Source of the DNA: Puccinia triticina
Lineage: Eukaryota
Reading direction: 5' to 3'
DNA: 64,000 nucleotides
NCBI GenBank assembly: GCA_026914245.1
Contig: CP110439.1
Location: forward strand, 2,604,001-2,668,000
In this document: piece by piece, positions 12,934 through 28,628 of the stretch
How the letters are laid out: every line of letters starts with the position of its first letter
Numbering within the stretch: the first letter of the stretch is position 1
Translations under genes and position numbers: made by a program
The notes under the pieces: model-generated
The model's input: only the letters and a program-made list of their open reading frames with translations
Told to the model about the DNA's origin: nothing
Database searches by the model: none

Positions 12934-13456
12934 ATACATATCACAGGATACAAACATACATCTCCTGGTAAAGCTACACTCATTAAATATTGGGGGTTAA
13001 TAAATGTACCCGGTTTTTTTGCGTTTGTACCCGGTTTTTGTGTACCCCTTTTTCCGCGTACGTACCCGTTTTTTTTCTACTCATTTCTACGCAACGCAAA
13101 TAGGCTTAAAATTAATCCAAAATCCTGAAAATAATTATCATGCATTTGAAATGCCAAAAAAGCAACTTTAAATGATTTAATTAATTTTTTACATACCCCC
13201 TTTTCCCAAGTGTGTACTAAGGGAATGTCTTTTTTGTTACATGTACCAGGGTTCCAAAAAATTTAGGGAACACTTAAAGATGCATTTAAAGCTTCCTTTG
13301 AAATTTTTGAGAGAAAAAAATAGGTACGTGGTGGGTACGTGGTGTACTTAGTAGGAAAATGACTGCTACATGTATAACATTTTTGTTACACATTCAAAGA
13401 GTCTAAAAATTTCAGAAATGTTTCTATGGTGAATATTATGTGCGCCATTAAATTTA

Positions 13457-14329
13457 CAGCAACAGGGTAAAGTCCAAACATGATACATAGGGGGGGGGGG
13501 GGGGGGGCGGGCAGCCTTAATACAAAAAATCTGGCTAATTGAATATTTTTTTGGATAAATTTCCCAGAAGTCTAAGGACTGCAGGGGTTATATGATGATG
13601 CATATTCTCTGCACTCCGAAACTTTTGGAAATATTTCTACCTCAGAACATCAGATATAAGGGGTGTGCAGTAAGGCAATATGACTACCACACACCCCTTA
13701 TATTTCATGTTCTGAGGTAGTGTTAGAATTTAGAACTTTCAGGCACGAGAAATAAAAGGGCTAAGATGAGTATTGATAAAAACTCAAGAATTTGGGCAGT
13801 GAGGATGACTCTCTCACCGGATGCGGCTCAGCGGGGCGCGGAGAAAGAATGAGGAGAACCAATGAGTGTAATTTCTTGTTGTAGGCTGGCTTTAAATAGA
13901 CTAAAAACAAGCGGCCAACAAGTGGTTGGAAGACAATAGAATAATTAAAAAGTTGATCAAGACAAGTTTCATTTATACTATCTCTGAGACTATGCGTGAT
14001 AACAAGTATGACAAGATATTATCTACTACTCACGGCTCAATGACTACTTGGTGTGATAAAATCTGTACTAACAAGGATACTGGCAATGCTTTTGAGAATG
14101 ACATGAAACAATGTTTTAGAGGTGTAAGTAAGAGGAAATGGCAAAATTCCAACAGGTAGCAATATTGCCAAAAGTTTCAGAGCACAGAGAATATGCATCA
14201 TTATATAACCCCTTCAGTCCTTAAAATTCTGGGAAATTTATCAAAAAATAATATTCAATTAGCCAGATTTTTTCTATTAAGGCTGCCTGCCCCCCCTATA
14301 TATCATGTTTGGACTTTACCCCATTGCTA
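13457..14329. repeat. Foldback structure with imperfect inverted arms of about 180 bp
   Basis: 13457-13642 (gggtaaagtccaaacatgat...aaacttttggaaatatttctacct) is the reverse complement of 14154-14329. Confidence 0.8.
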
Positions 14330-14363
14330 TCCAAGTTTATTAAAGACACAGATTTTCCAGAAT

Positions 14364-14830
14364 CAACCATGGGCCGCTACGCTAAACTACGCTATTTTAG
14401 CCCTAAAGTTTAGCGTAGCGGCAAAAAGCGCCAACCTTTTTTGAATAGCGTTAGCGCGCTGTTAGCGCCGCTACGCTTTGCTAATTTTCAGCGGCGCTAA
14501 CAGCATACCAATTTTTGCTTAGCGTTAGCGCTGCACTGCAGCCGCTATGCTACGCTACGTTGCGCTAAGGCGCATTTGGCGGAAAAAAGGCACTTTTTTG
14601 CCGCAAAAAACGCTTCAGCGCGCGCTCTTTTGCGCCTTGCGTGTTTAGCGTTAGCGCAATTGCGCGCATCTGCGCTAACGCTACGCTAAAAGCTAAAATA
14701 GCTTTGCATCCTTTGCGCGTAGCGTTAGCGCAGATGCGCGCAATTGCGCTAACGCTACGCTAAAAAATAGCGCATTTGCGCTGCGCTACGCTACGCTAAC
14801 AGCTATGTTAGCGTAGCTGACCCACTGTTG
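14364..14830. mobile_element. MITE rich in gctacgct/agcgtagc motifs, copy 1
   Basis: Ends caaccatgggccgctacgct / agcgtagctgacccactgttg. 7-bp TSD ccagaat (14357-14363, 14831-14837). Confidence 0.9.
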
Positions 14831-16545
14831 CCAGAATGTCAAAAAAAATTCATGGGTTTCCCCTAGAATTTACAAATCTCAGAAAAAAACAAACATGGGT
14901 TCCCCCTACAAGATTAAAACAGTGAAGAAAAAAAACATGATCCAACTGTGGCTTAGATAAATTTTGGTGCTGGTTTCCTACTAATGTTGTAAGTGTCTAA
15001 CACAGTTTTTAAACAGCATCGTGTGCACCAACAAATTGTCTCTTTGGGTTTTAACATCACAGGTATTATCAGGTCCTGCAAACTGCACTGTAAGATTGAA
15101 TACCGAGTACATGATTGCAAGTACTGAGTCAGCTCACGGAAGTGAATAGACACTATTACATCAGACATTACACATACCTGGGACCTGTTGTAGATCACTG
15201 TTTCTGTAGTCATTGGGTGAAAAACAGACACCTACATATCCGTCTGAGCAGCCCAATACTGATTCAAGGAGCAACATGAAAAAGGGACAGCAAATAAACT
15301 TCATCTTGTGTAGATACAATATATTATGGTTGGCTTGAGGACTGAAGGTTGAGATGCAGATGGAGCAAAAAATGACCAGGTTTTTGGAAAAACTTAGGAT
15401 GCCTGCTAATAATTGGAAAGCTTTGGAAAGTTACTTTAGTTCATTTGGGAGAGTAGTGGAGTGTGAGATGTTGGCTAACTTAACACAAGTCCCCCACTTT
15501 GGAGGGCCCTGGTACAGCCTGGGCTGGCGCAAAGCGCAACCTCCGCAGGAGGGACTTGGGACTAATGTCCACTTTTTGGCCTGAGGGTTTGAGGCCTTTT
15601 GGTGGGTGTTTTGTGCCATTCAAATTTTGACCCTGTTCCCAAAGGGCCCCAGGCATGCCCTTTAGATCATGAAACTCGTCTCACTCTTCCCTATCTTTTG
15701 CCGCTACACACGTGTCTGGAAGTCCAAGTGTTCTCCTCCCATGACCCTCAAAACCTATGGTTTTTGGGGTATTCTTGGCTGTATGACATGTGTGGATTGA
15801 ACTGACCTTGGAAAACAGTATGTTCATTCAATTCAATTCCACAGGATCCAAGCTCTCCGAGCTCTGGTCAATATGCCTTGGCCAATCCAGCTCATGCATC
15901 CAATCCTCATTATGAGGACATGGATATGAAGCCAAGATGGTCAGCTATATTGACCCTTCAGGGCTTCAGCAGAGGCTTGTCAGTTTTTGCTGTGTGGAGG
16001 ACGAAAGGAAAAAAGGGCATAAAAAGCCACAAAAGCCCCAAACTCTCAGGCCAAAAGTATGACATAAATCATAAGCCTCTCCTACGGAGAGTCCCTTCAG
16101 GACGTGGGGGTCCCCCCCCCCCCTCCGTTTGAGAAGCTTAGTTAGGCTAGAGATGTTGGGCCCGACCATCCAACCAGTGCGAGTTTTTATACAAAATATG
16201 CGCTACACCAAGAGATGCATTGATGCGTTGGATGGTGTGTCAACAACAGGGCAACCGGAAACCTTGCCAAGGTTATCCAGATGCAGTGCGTTGGCTTGGC
16301 TGCAAGTTACCGGGTTGCCACCTGTATTGGTGGCACCCTAAATTCTTGAAGTGTACATAATTTTGCCTTGAGGCACACTATGAATATCCAAAATCTGACT
16401 GCAAACAAGTAGCAGCAAGTAGTTGGGAAGATAACAGGGAGAGATAGTTAAGACCAGAGGAGTACGCGGCAACATGCATTGCTAAACAGAGAGAGGAAAG
16501 AGAAAGAAAGAGGAAAACAAAGAGAAGATAAGAAACTACTAGAGG

Positions 16546-16900
16546 TTAATCCAGGAAATTGAAGCGGCCGGATTTCATAATGAATTGAAAAACAAGGCCG
16601 TGCGCCCTTGGAAGATGTAGCAGGAGATGTGGCTTGTTTGAGTTGGCTTCGAGGAATCGAGTTTTTTGGATCTGGTCTTCCAAATGAGGGCTATGCGGAG
16701 GTGTCGGTACTTGGGGCAGAAGTCGAGAAAGTGAATGGTTGTTTCCCGCTCCCCGCAGAATGGGTAGATGGGGTCGACTGTCGAGTCTCCTTTTGACCTT
16801 GAAAAGATAGAGGCCAGTGACCGGATCATAGTTGATTGAATGTTTGATGATGCTGGAAAACTCCTCCTTCCTCCCCATTGCCTCAACGAAATATTCAGAC
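16546..16900 (-). mobile_element. 5'-truncated non-LTR retrotransposon (LINE, Tad1-like) 3' remnant
   Basis: Degenerate C-terminal CCHC finger typical of fungal LINE ORF2 (DPIYPFCGERETTIHFLDFCPKYRHLR), with frameshifts. Confidence 0.6.
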
Positions 16901-17624
16901 TGCGAGGACTCGGAAGCACTGGTACAAGAGAAAGCGCTTTCACAAGCCTACTCGTTTGAGGGACTGGCAGGCCCAAGTTTTTAGCCCCAGTGATATGCCC
17001 ATGGCCGGACACGTGTCCCAACTGTTGGCCCATAATACAAGCCTTTTCCAATTTGGCCGGTCACCTTTGGTGCGGTGACCTGCCATCCCATCATCCGACT
17101 GATAGCAATTTTGGTCTGGACGCGACCTTAACACAAGTCCCAGCCTCCGTGCGGGCGTGCAGCATTTGGCTGGTCGCGAAGCGACCCCGATGGTGAGACT
17201 GGGCTGCCGCCCAGACCCGCTGGACGCATGCGGGTCCTGAAGGACGAAAAACCAGCCATCCCTCATGAACCCGGCCGGTCTTGTCGATACGTAGTTGCAC
17301 TTACAGTCAGATTCCCAATAGCTATCGCGGCAACGAGTGGGCTGAAGTGATGTGCTGTCATTTTTTGCCAATTTGTTAGAGCTCAGCTGGCGCTCGCATA
17401 AAGATATAAATAGAGGCCTTCTGGGCACCATGTTGTGATCCATATCCCTCATCCCCAGCTCGTCGTCCCTAATAACACAATCACAACAGCTGTACATCTC
17501 ACAATTCCTTTTCCACAAACTCCTTTGATTAATCCCAATCTTGCTTCTCTCACGAGTGCAACTACTTCCTCATAATCTGAAATCCTCTATTCGTCCAAGA
17601 GCCCTCATCAAAAAAGAAGTCAAG

Positions 17625-18623
17625 ATGCGTTTTGCGATTGTTGCTGCCGGAGCCGTGGTCCTTGGTGGTAAGCAAAGCCTTGATCAATTCCTCTTTTCTC
17701 ACATGTGTCCTGACACCAACCTAATTTTTTTATAAATTATAGCTACAGTCGCTGAAGCCCGGTCCGTTGCATCCAGCCCTAGACGTCATGTGGAGAGAGT
17801 GATGAAACGGTCGAATGCTCACGAGACTAGAGTTGAGATCGAACGCATAAACTTCACACCTTCCCGATTATCCAAGAGATCAAAACTTGCGGACGAAGAC
17901 TGGACCAATACAGCCTCTTCTGATGAGACCGATTCAACACATGACATCGATTCATCCTTACACGTGGCTGCGAGTGATCACAAAAATAACAAAATACACA
18001 GCAAGCATCGCAAAGACCGTGTTACATCATCGCAACGAGCTAGAACCGTGGTCTCCAACCCATCAGACGCGTTGCCCAACAATGTTGTATGGACGATAGA
18101 AAAGAAAAAGGATGAAGAATCATCCAAATCAGGCGCGTCTCAATTCACAATCACGCCGATTCTCCCCGGAGGAAAGTCAACGAAAGAAAGAAAAGCAGCG
18201 CAAGCGCCCGAGCCATCGATAACAGGAGCTGAATACATGATCATACCCGTCAACCCTATCCAACCGACCGCCGGTGCATTGCCAGCCGCGTCTCCCATTA
18301 CAGAACTACTCGAACACGCAGATCCAATGACCGCTCAAGCAAACGACTTATCGTCTACCACTACTCTTCTCCGAGCCATCGAAAACTATCGGGAGGCAGT
18401 GGCCGAACAAGCCGCTGATTCCGAGGAAACCGCCGTCAAAGCAGATCTTCCGCTTCTTTCTAACCAGAAATCCCGAGCTTCGAAACACAAGTCGAGCAAG
18501 TCGACCAAAGCATCGCAAAAGGATGAAGACAACTGCGACTCTGAATCGGAAAATACTTCTTCAGACTTCGACGCCACACCTACAGACTTCAGAACAGTCC
18601 AGACAGATGATGTCGCACAATAG
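17625..18623 (+). CDS. Secreted, low-complexity S/T/D/K-rich hypothetical protein, two exons
   Basis: Signal peptide MRFAIVAAGAVVLG|ATVAEA across a gtaagc..ttatag intron (about 17668-17742), in frame with ORF 17790-18623. TATAAA near 17405. Confidence 0.75.
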
Positions 18624-18889
18624 TGTTCCAAAATTTTGCCACCTTTTCCCTTTACATCCGCCCGTCACATTAATACCTTTCCAACATTAATTTCTTTAAT
18701 AGCTCTTTCCTGACATTAATTTCTCTAATAACTATTCCCTCAAAGTAATACCTTTAATTAATATTTACAGACATCAATACCTTAAATAAACAAATTTACT
18801 TCGCACATGTCAAAGACACTTTGCGCACATTCGCGACATCCCGCCCCAGTGGGCGCCCTTTGACAAACAAAAAAACCATTCCTCCCAGC

Positions 18890-19720
18890 CGAGGAAATAT
18901 ACCTCACAGTGATGATTCCTCCCGGTCGGCAAGACTGTACAGACTCGCCGAGAGGAAACAATTCCGTGGCCGTCTGGCTTCAGTGATGCTGCCTCGCCGA
19001 ATAAGAGAGGTTCATCCGAGTTAGCGAAGCTGTGCAATCATATTGACCAGGATGAATTCCTACCTGTCAACGTGGTACTTGTACAATCTTATCGACCGGT
19101 AGGGTCCCTTCCCGGTCAGCGATACACTCTCGTCGCCTCCCAGCCAGCGATACACTCTCGTCCACTGGGAGGATTCCTCCCGGTAAGCAATACACTCGTT
19201 TTGACTGGGAGGGATCCCTCCCAATCAGAGACACACTCTTGTTGACCGGGAGGGCTCACACCTGGTCAGTGTTGCAATCTTGGCGACCGGGAGGAAGCCT
19301 TCCCTTTCAGCAACTCCACATTTTTTGTCGATTGGGAGGGATATCTCCCGGTCAACGATACTGCCCGAGATCCCTCCCGCTCGACTGCTTCGTACCGTCT
19401 CCTTGACCGTGATAGATTTTCTCGGTACCGGGAGGGATTCCTCCCAGTCAAAGACTTTGTGTAGGCTTCGTGACCGAGAGGGATCCCTCCGTGCCAACAA
19501 GGTGTTACAACCTTGTCGACCGGGAGGGTACAATCTCGCCGGCTGAGAGGAATCCCTACCAATCGACTGTGGTGGCCTGGTGTTATACCTCTCCGCGGGA
19601 GGGTTGATGCCCGCTACGATTGTACCTTTTCTTCCTTCCCCGGGGTTTTTACATCGACGAGATTGTACAAGTGCGACCTTCCTGACTGGGGGGAAACCTT
19701 CCGATCGACAAGATTGGAAA
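18890..19720. repeat. Degenerate short-unit repeat field (cctcccggtc / gaccgggaggg motifs)
   Basis: Many imperfect copies of a dyad motif in both orientations. The overlapping ORFs are repeat translations. Confidence 0.7.
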
Positions 19721-21106
19721 GTCTCCAAAAGGACCGCAGCTGTTCTGCCCGCACTCCGCAGGAGAAACTGATGCGCAGCTCAGCTCGCCCTAACCCACAT
19801 TCGAGCCCCATCATGACTCGTTCGTGTGCGATAACCCCGTGACCGGCCTCTTTCATAGACTCCTCCGCCCGCGACACGATTCAGCTCGCCATGATACATA
19901 TCCAGAAGCAAACAACCAGCAAATCTGCTTGGGCTCCCAGCTTTAGGCAACAGGTAAGCCTCCCCCTTTAGTCTCCTCAGATACTTCCCTCAATCTCCTC
20001 GAAATGATGAGCAACACACCCAACAGACATCTGTTGCAATCCTTCTGAGAACCTAGTTGAATTACTTCAACACCCAATATGAAGTCAACCTCACCGGGTG
20101 TCATTTTTATAATGCGTCTGATCCATGCCCACATCACCCCTCCTAACCCAGTCTTCAACTCCTCGGGTTGTATTGCTCTCAACTAACTTGTATTCGCTTA
20201 TATTTCTACTGAACAGGTTCTCTGCTAGGTTAGGCAACTGGGACACGTACAGTTGAATGCACGTAGAGTCTGACAACCGAACTCCTCATCTGAAAAGACG
20301 ATCAGTCGTCTGTAGTTCTGCCTAGCGGATAAATGTTTAGCCAGTGTTGGTTGGCTCTAAACTGTGAGGATTACGCTAGCTTTGGATCCGGATTATCTCT
20401 CTCTTTCAAACCAACGCTCGTGGTCGATTCACTTCCTAACCTTTTGCATTAATTGGTCAACAGGGACCGACAAGTACCGTTGAACAGTTGACCATAGTTT
20501 TTCTTTTCCCCCAGTAATACTCATCAGGTAGGAATGTCAAACCCGCGTCAACTATGAATGTTTCCTTTTTTGAATTCACGACGGCGTTACTGGCCTTGAT
20601 TGTAAATGATATGAAATTGCTCTAACAAATTCCAAGGACTCTGAAGTCTACCGATATTCAGGGTGCACTTTTGGCTCTCACGGGCCGTCAGATATTCTAA
20701 AAGGTCAAGTGCCAGCTTGCTTGACCTTTGCGCCGTGCCTTCCATTACATGCTCCGTCGGGCCGTCACAATAAGTTCATTACTCAGTTGTCCTGAACTTT
20801 GCGGTGTCTCATCGATAGCTACCGATGGGCAAACAGTCACCCGTGGGGTCAAGATGAACCTGCGAGCAATCAAGTGTTGCCAGACAACCAACCAAAGATT
20901 GTTGGAAGAAGCTTTATCTAGGTTTGATCCAAAGTCATGTCTACCAGCCCTTCACAGTAACATAACCAGTCAGTTCTCAACCTGTATATTTCAGCACTTT
21001 CTGGTCCTGTACACTATGAAAAAGGGGGTTGATTAATTGACTCCCAAGAGTTACATTCCAAATCCCAAAACACATTTTTTGGGAGTCAGAATGTAATTCC
21101 GCCGCA

Positions 21107-21287
21107 TATGGTGTTCAAAGTTGGTTTGCACAATTTTATGCATGCATAAATCATAAAATCATAAAAATATTTTGGTGAGGAAATTTTGTATTACATAATC
21201 AGACAGTCATGTCCCCTGCAGAAACAATTTTATGATTTTATGATTTATGCATGCATAAAATTATGCAAACCAACTTTGAACACCATA
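21107..21287. mobile_element. Palindromic MITE with ggtgttcaaagttg ends
   Basis: tatggtgttcaaagttggtttgca...tgcaaaccaactttgaacaccata. A related copy lies at 34638-34839. Confidence 0.8.
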
Positions 21288-21290
21288 ATA

Positions 21291-21491
21291 GGGGGGTTCA
21301 CAATAGGATAAAAATAAAACTTTAGAGCTAATTTTAAGGCCTTTATGAACAACTTTTTAAAAAATAAAGACATTGCTCTGATTCTCAGGGGATACCCAGT
21401 CCTGTACACCTTGCCAGATTTTTAAAAATTTGTTGATAAAGACCTTAAAATTGACTCTGAAATTTTGCTTTTATCCTATTGTGAACCCCCC
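21291..21491. mobile_element. MITE with G-run TIRs flanked by TAATA
   Basis: ggggggttcacaataggataaaa / ttttatcctattgtgaacccccc, with taata on both sides. Confidence 0.8.
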
Positions 21492-22409
21492 TAATAGAAT
21501 GGGAGTCAAAAATGTAATTTTACAAAAATTTACAAAAAAAAGAAAAGAAAAAATATCACTTCTCACTGGGACGCCCAAAGCGCACCAAAATTTTACAGCG
21601 GGCAGAAACCCCTCTCAAGAGCACATGGTGAACTGCACGGTGTTAGCACACCCCATTAATGGGGTCTACCCTGTGGGTATAATTTGGTGGATTCACTACA
21701 AAGTAAATCCACCAAAACATTAGTGCAACAGATACTAATCCTAATTTTACTCAAAAAACATGCAAAACTAGATGGAAAATTCTTGTTGCAGGAAATTTTA
21801 TTTTCCTGGGTTTCCTGAACCGCGACCGGCATCATGTATTGTTTGGAACCCCCTTTAATTTAAGTGGATCCAAAGCCAAGAAGCTCAAGATTCATGGCCC
21901 ACGGGGCCAAACCATGCCATATTTGTGTTATTGGAAGTATTTTGGTGCGTATGACAAGTTTGTATACACCAAAACCCAAGATCAGCTAAGATCACTCGAG
22001 AACTGCCCCTTTGCCAAACTTTGCAATCAAGTCCCTCTCCCTGCGATTGAAGGTTGTTGGGCACACCAGGACAAGGTTCCGCACAAGAGTGTGGATTTAT
22101 TATAACGTGTTTTTTTTGGACACCCCCTCATGGGGAGGCTTGTCCAAATAGTCTCTGGAGACTTGAAGTTTGCTGATTGGTGTGGGTGAGTTGGGTTAGG
22201 TTTGCTGGCTTGTACATACAGGCCCCTGGAATTCCCCGCCCGCCTGCTGGCCGACACTCACCACCCACCTGCGCCGGCGTTGAATGCTCAGGACAGTCAC
22301 CGGACTACTGCTCCAGAGAAGAACCACCTGCCAAGCCATCCGAAACCAGCCGCACATCCCCATCCATCGCCTCGTCCATTCCAGGCCACCACCACACCCG
22401 CGCTTCAAG

Positions 22410-25131
<2,722 letters not shown>

Positions 25132-26208
25132 AAAAATGTTCTTGTGGCTGGCTTTCGCACCTCTCTTCTTACAGCCATCATTACTAGTAACAAACAAAAC
25201 CCGTGTTTTTTTTTCCTCATGAGATAACCAAACAAATGCTTGGAATAAAAATAAATTCAACAGCATTGAGAGGATTGGAAAAATTACCGCCATCTACCTG
25301 TGGTAGGAATCAAGCCGATGGAGACTTTGGGTGGTGAGCATTGTGGGAGGGAATCTTGAGAACTGACGAGGAAGAAATAGATCAGTACTGGAGTTTTGAA
25401 TGACAGTGTCAGTTGCGGGCCAACATTGGGACCAAAGAAGCAGCCAAGTATGATTTTTGAAGTAAATTAATGGATGCCTTGATGTTGGTTCTAGAATCTA
25501 TAAACAGGATCTAACATGGAACCATTTTCATTAGTCATATTTTTGCCATGGGTGCGATACCCCTGGAGCCTGAGAGACATATGTATAGAAACCAGTGAGC
25601 TCCAGCATGGAGTCCCACTTGGCTTGCATGGCTTGATGGAACACACAAAGAAGGATGTGATGTAGATGTAGAAAAAGCTGGTCTGGCAGGTGAGGCTTGA
25701 AAATTGGATGAGTTATTTTGGGTTCTCTCAGGCGGGAACAAAAGTCCCTCCACCAGGGGTGACTTTGACACACTCTCCAGAGAGTGCCAGAGTCTAATTT
25801 TATGTTTTTCTGGGTCAGATGTGGATTAGGAAATGATTGATAGATTTTTCAGAAGTCAATGGGAAGTGTGTCAGAAGTGATGTGGAATTGTCATTGCACC
25901 TTGTGCAATGTTGTATAGAACCATTTCATTCTCTAAGAATAACTTAATTACAACCTATAATGAAATGATAGTTATTCAATGCCCAATGATTAATCATTTA
26001 TGGTGAATTTCTGTTGATCAATTTCTCTATGTGCAAGGGGTTTCACACAATGTGAATGTGACTAACTGGGGCTTTAATGGCTTTCTGACCAGTTTTTACT
26101 TGTCATGGAGCTGTGAAAGGCCCCTCTGGTGACCTGTGACCCCAATTTACACGCGTACTCAAAGGTGACATTGGTGAAGTGGAAAGCAGATCACATGCAA
26201 GTGCATAG

Positions 26209-27496
26209 CAACAGTGGGCCGCTACGCTACACTACGCTATTTCAGCGCTACGCGTTAGCGTAGCGGCAAAAAGCGCCCACAAATTTTGAAAAGCGTTAGC
26301 GCGCTGTTAGCGCCGCTACGCTGCGCTAATTTTCAATGGCGCTAACAACGCGCAGATTCTTTGTTAGTGTTAGCGCGCCGCTACAGTTGCTAAGCTACGC
26401 TACGCTGCGCTACAATGTTTTTAGCGGAAAAAAGGCCTTTTTTTCCGTTAAAGGCGCTGTAGCGCAGCGTGAGCAGCGCAGCGCGCGCTCTTTGGCGCCC
26501 TCTGTGTGTAGCGTTAGCGCAATTTCTCAAATATGTGCTAACGCTACGCTAACAGATAAATTAGCTGCGCACCCTGTGCGCGTAGCATTAGCACCGAGAT
26601 GGTGCAATTCCGCTAACGCTACGCTAAAATTTAGCAGACTTCCGCTACGCTACACCACGCTAACGCTAGAGTTAGCGTAGCTGGCCCACCACCAGGAAAA
26701 AAAAGTAGTCACTTGATGGCAAGTGACATGATGCAGCTTTGTTTTCAGCTCCAACACTGCTCCAATGCTGCTCCTCTCCAACAGCACATCTAGGGATCAC
26801 ATGACAGGTGTCAGGATCAAAGCACTCAATGTGACAAAACCAGATGATTCTCAGCTTTGGCACTGGCCACCTGATGATCATCTTTGGCTGTAGCACAGCT
26901 GATGCTCAGCCTTGGCTGTGGCTCAGCTGATGCTCAGCTTTGGCCCTAGCCTAGCTGATTTTCAGTTCTGGTCCTGTCCAAGCTGATTCCCATCTTTTTC
27001 CCTGGCATGGCTCAGCTGATACTCAGCAAGCTGAGCATCAGCTGTTCAGCTGGCCCAGGACTGGGTCAAAGCTGAGCATTGGCTGGGACAGGACTAGGAA
27101 GAGGCTGAGCAAGGACTGGTACAAAGCTGAGCATCAGCTGCGCCAGGACTAGTACAAAGCTGAGAATCACCTGGGCAAGGACTGGTCAAAAGGCTTTATT
27201 CCAATTCTGAGAGTGAGCTGTGTGAAAAAGCTGAGTATGAGCTGAGCAAAAAAGCTGAGTATGAGCTGGGTAAGGCTGGGTACCAAAGCTGAGTATCAGC
27301 TGGACATAACTGAGGATCAGTTGGGCTCATAAAAAACTGAACAGGACCTCCTTGGTGAATTTTGGAAGTTGAGGAGATGGCTGAGAGATTGGGGTAGATA
27401 GTGGATAGATATTGGATAGATGGTGGGTAGCTAGCTGGAGCTGATGTGATGTCACTTGTCATCAACTGAATATTTTATTTTCCTGGTGCACTGTTG
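26209..27496. mobile_element. gctacgct-type MITE, copy 2, interrupted in its right TIR
   Basis: Left end caacagtgggccgctacgct. Right end ggcccac|tgttg is split by the 26690-27488 insertion. The 7-bp TSD tgcatag is restored when 27502-28172 is removed. Confidence 0.85.
26690..27488. mobile_element. Non-autonomous CACTA/CMC-like element with inverted subterminal ctcagc/gctgag repeats
   Basis: TIRs of about 40 bp caccaggaaaa...gtgacat / atgtcac...ttttcctggtg. 3-bp TSD cac (26687-26689, 27489-27491). Confidence 0.85.
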
Positions 27497-27501
27497 TGCA
27501 T

Positions 27502-28172
27502 TAGAGCTGGTCAAAACAAACCCATTGCGGGTACCGGCTAGTGGGTGCAGGTGCGGATGCGGATGCCTGGGATTCCGGGAAAAAGCCTGCGGGTACCCGG
27601 GTAGTTCAATCCACACCCGCCCACCTCTTTGGCTGGAAGGCCTGATCCCTTCCGGTTGCCAAGGTTTTACAGCCTTGGCAGCCAGAAAGACCCACCTAGT
27701 CACCAATGACAGACAACCTCAGCAACCAGGAGGGATTCCTTCCGGTTGCCGGGGCTGTATCTTGGCCACCTGAGGGAAAAAATCATCCCAGATAGAAATG
27801 TTAAAAAACCTTGGTGACCAGAATGTATCCTGGTCACAAAGGTTATAAAAACCTTGGAAACCAAGAGGAAATCATCCTGGTCGCAGAGGTTGAAATAACC
27901 TTGCCGCACGACCAGAAGGTAAGCTCCTGGTGGCCAAAGTAACCTTGGCAACAACAAGACAACCTCCTGGTCGCTGGAGTAACCTCGGCGACAAGAAGAC
28001 AACCTCCCGGTCGCCGATGTAACCTTGGCAACCAGAAGATGAAGTGGCAGGTACCCGCAAATACCCGTGCGGGTACCGCCTGTACCTGCTCCACGGGTGC
28101 GGATGCGGATGCGGGTGTCTCATGTTACCCAAAAAAGGCTGCGGGTACCCGGGTTCAAAGCGACCAGCTCTA
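27502..28172. mobile_element. hAT-type MITE
   Basis: TIRs tagagctggtc / gaccagctcta. 8-bp TSD ttgtgcat (27494-27501, 28173-28180). gcgggtacccg subterminal motifs. Confidence 0.9.
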
Positions 28173-28451
28173 TTGTGCATAGAGACATTGGAAAACAAAC
28201 AAACACAAAAACAACTCACAAGCTTATATGTGTTAAGAAGCCAGGATTCCTAGCTGAAATCTGTTAACACACACCTCCAAGCTTGACTTGACTCATATTT
28301 TCACCCTATTTTCACCTGCCTTTTTTATGGAAATATGCCAAATCAGATGGGCCTTTCACATCATTCTAACAGGGGTGTACAAGTTGTTGATCTGTGGGAG
28401 GCCCAACCTGCAATTTGCAACAAACTTGTATGCACACACATGAGAGTAATA

Positions 28452-28628
28452 GGGGGTATCAAATATGACTGAATCCACCATTACATAATTGACAGGTTTG
28501 AAAAAACCCACCATTTTTAAAATATGCTGGTCCTTCTTCTACCCCATTTTGGGAACCACTGGTGACAAAATTCATTTTTGGCTAATTGACTGGTTTCTAA
28601 TTGTGGATTTCTCATATTTGATACCCCC
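28452..28628. mobile_element. MITE with G-run TIRs flanked by TAATA
   Basis: gggggtatcaaatatga / tcatatttgataccccc, with taata on both sides. Confidence 0.75.

Noticed and set aside
18890..19720. Palindromic short repeats with variable linkers resembling CRISPR, plus several ORFs of 60-170 aa
   Set aside because: The repeats are highly degenerate, occur in both orientations and recur elsewhere. The ORFs are repeat translations.
19943..20290. Possible minus-strand exon after a ttttcag acceptor
   Set aside because: All frames hit stops quickly and no family was recognised.
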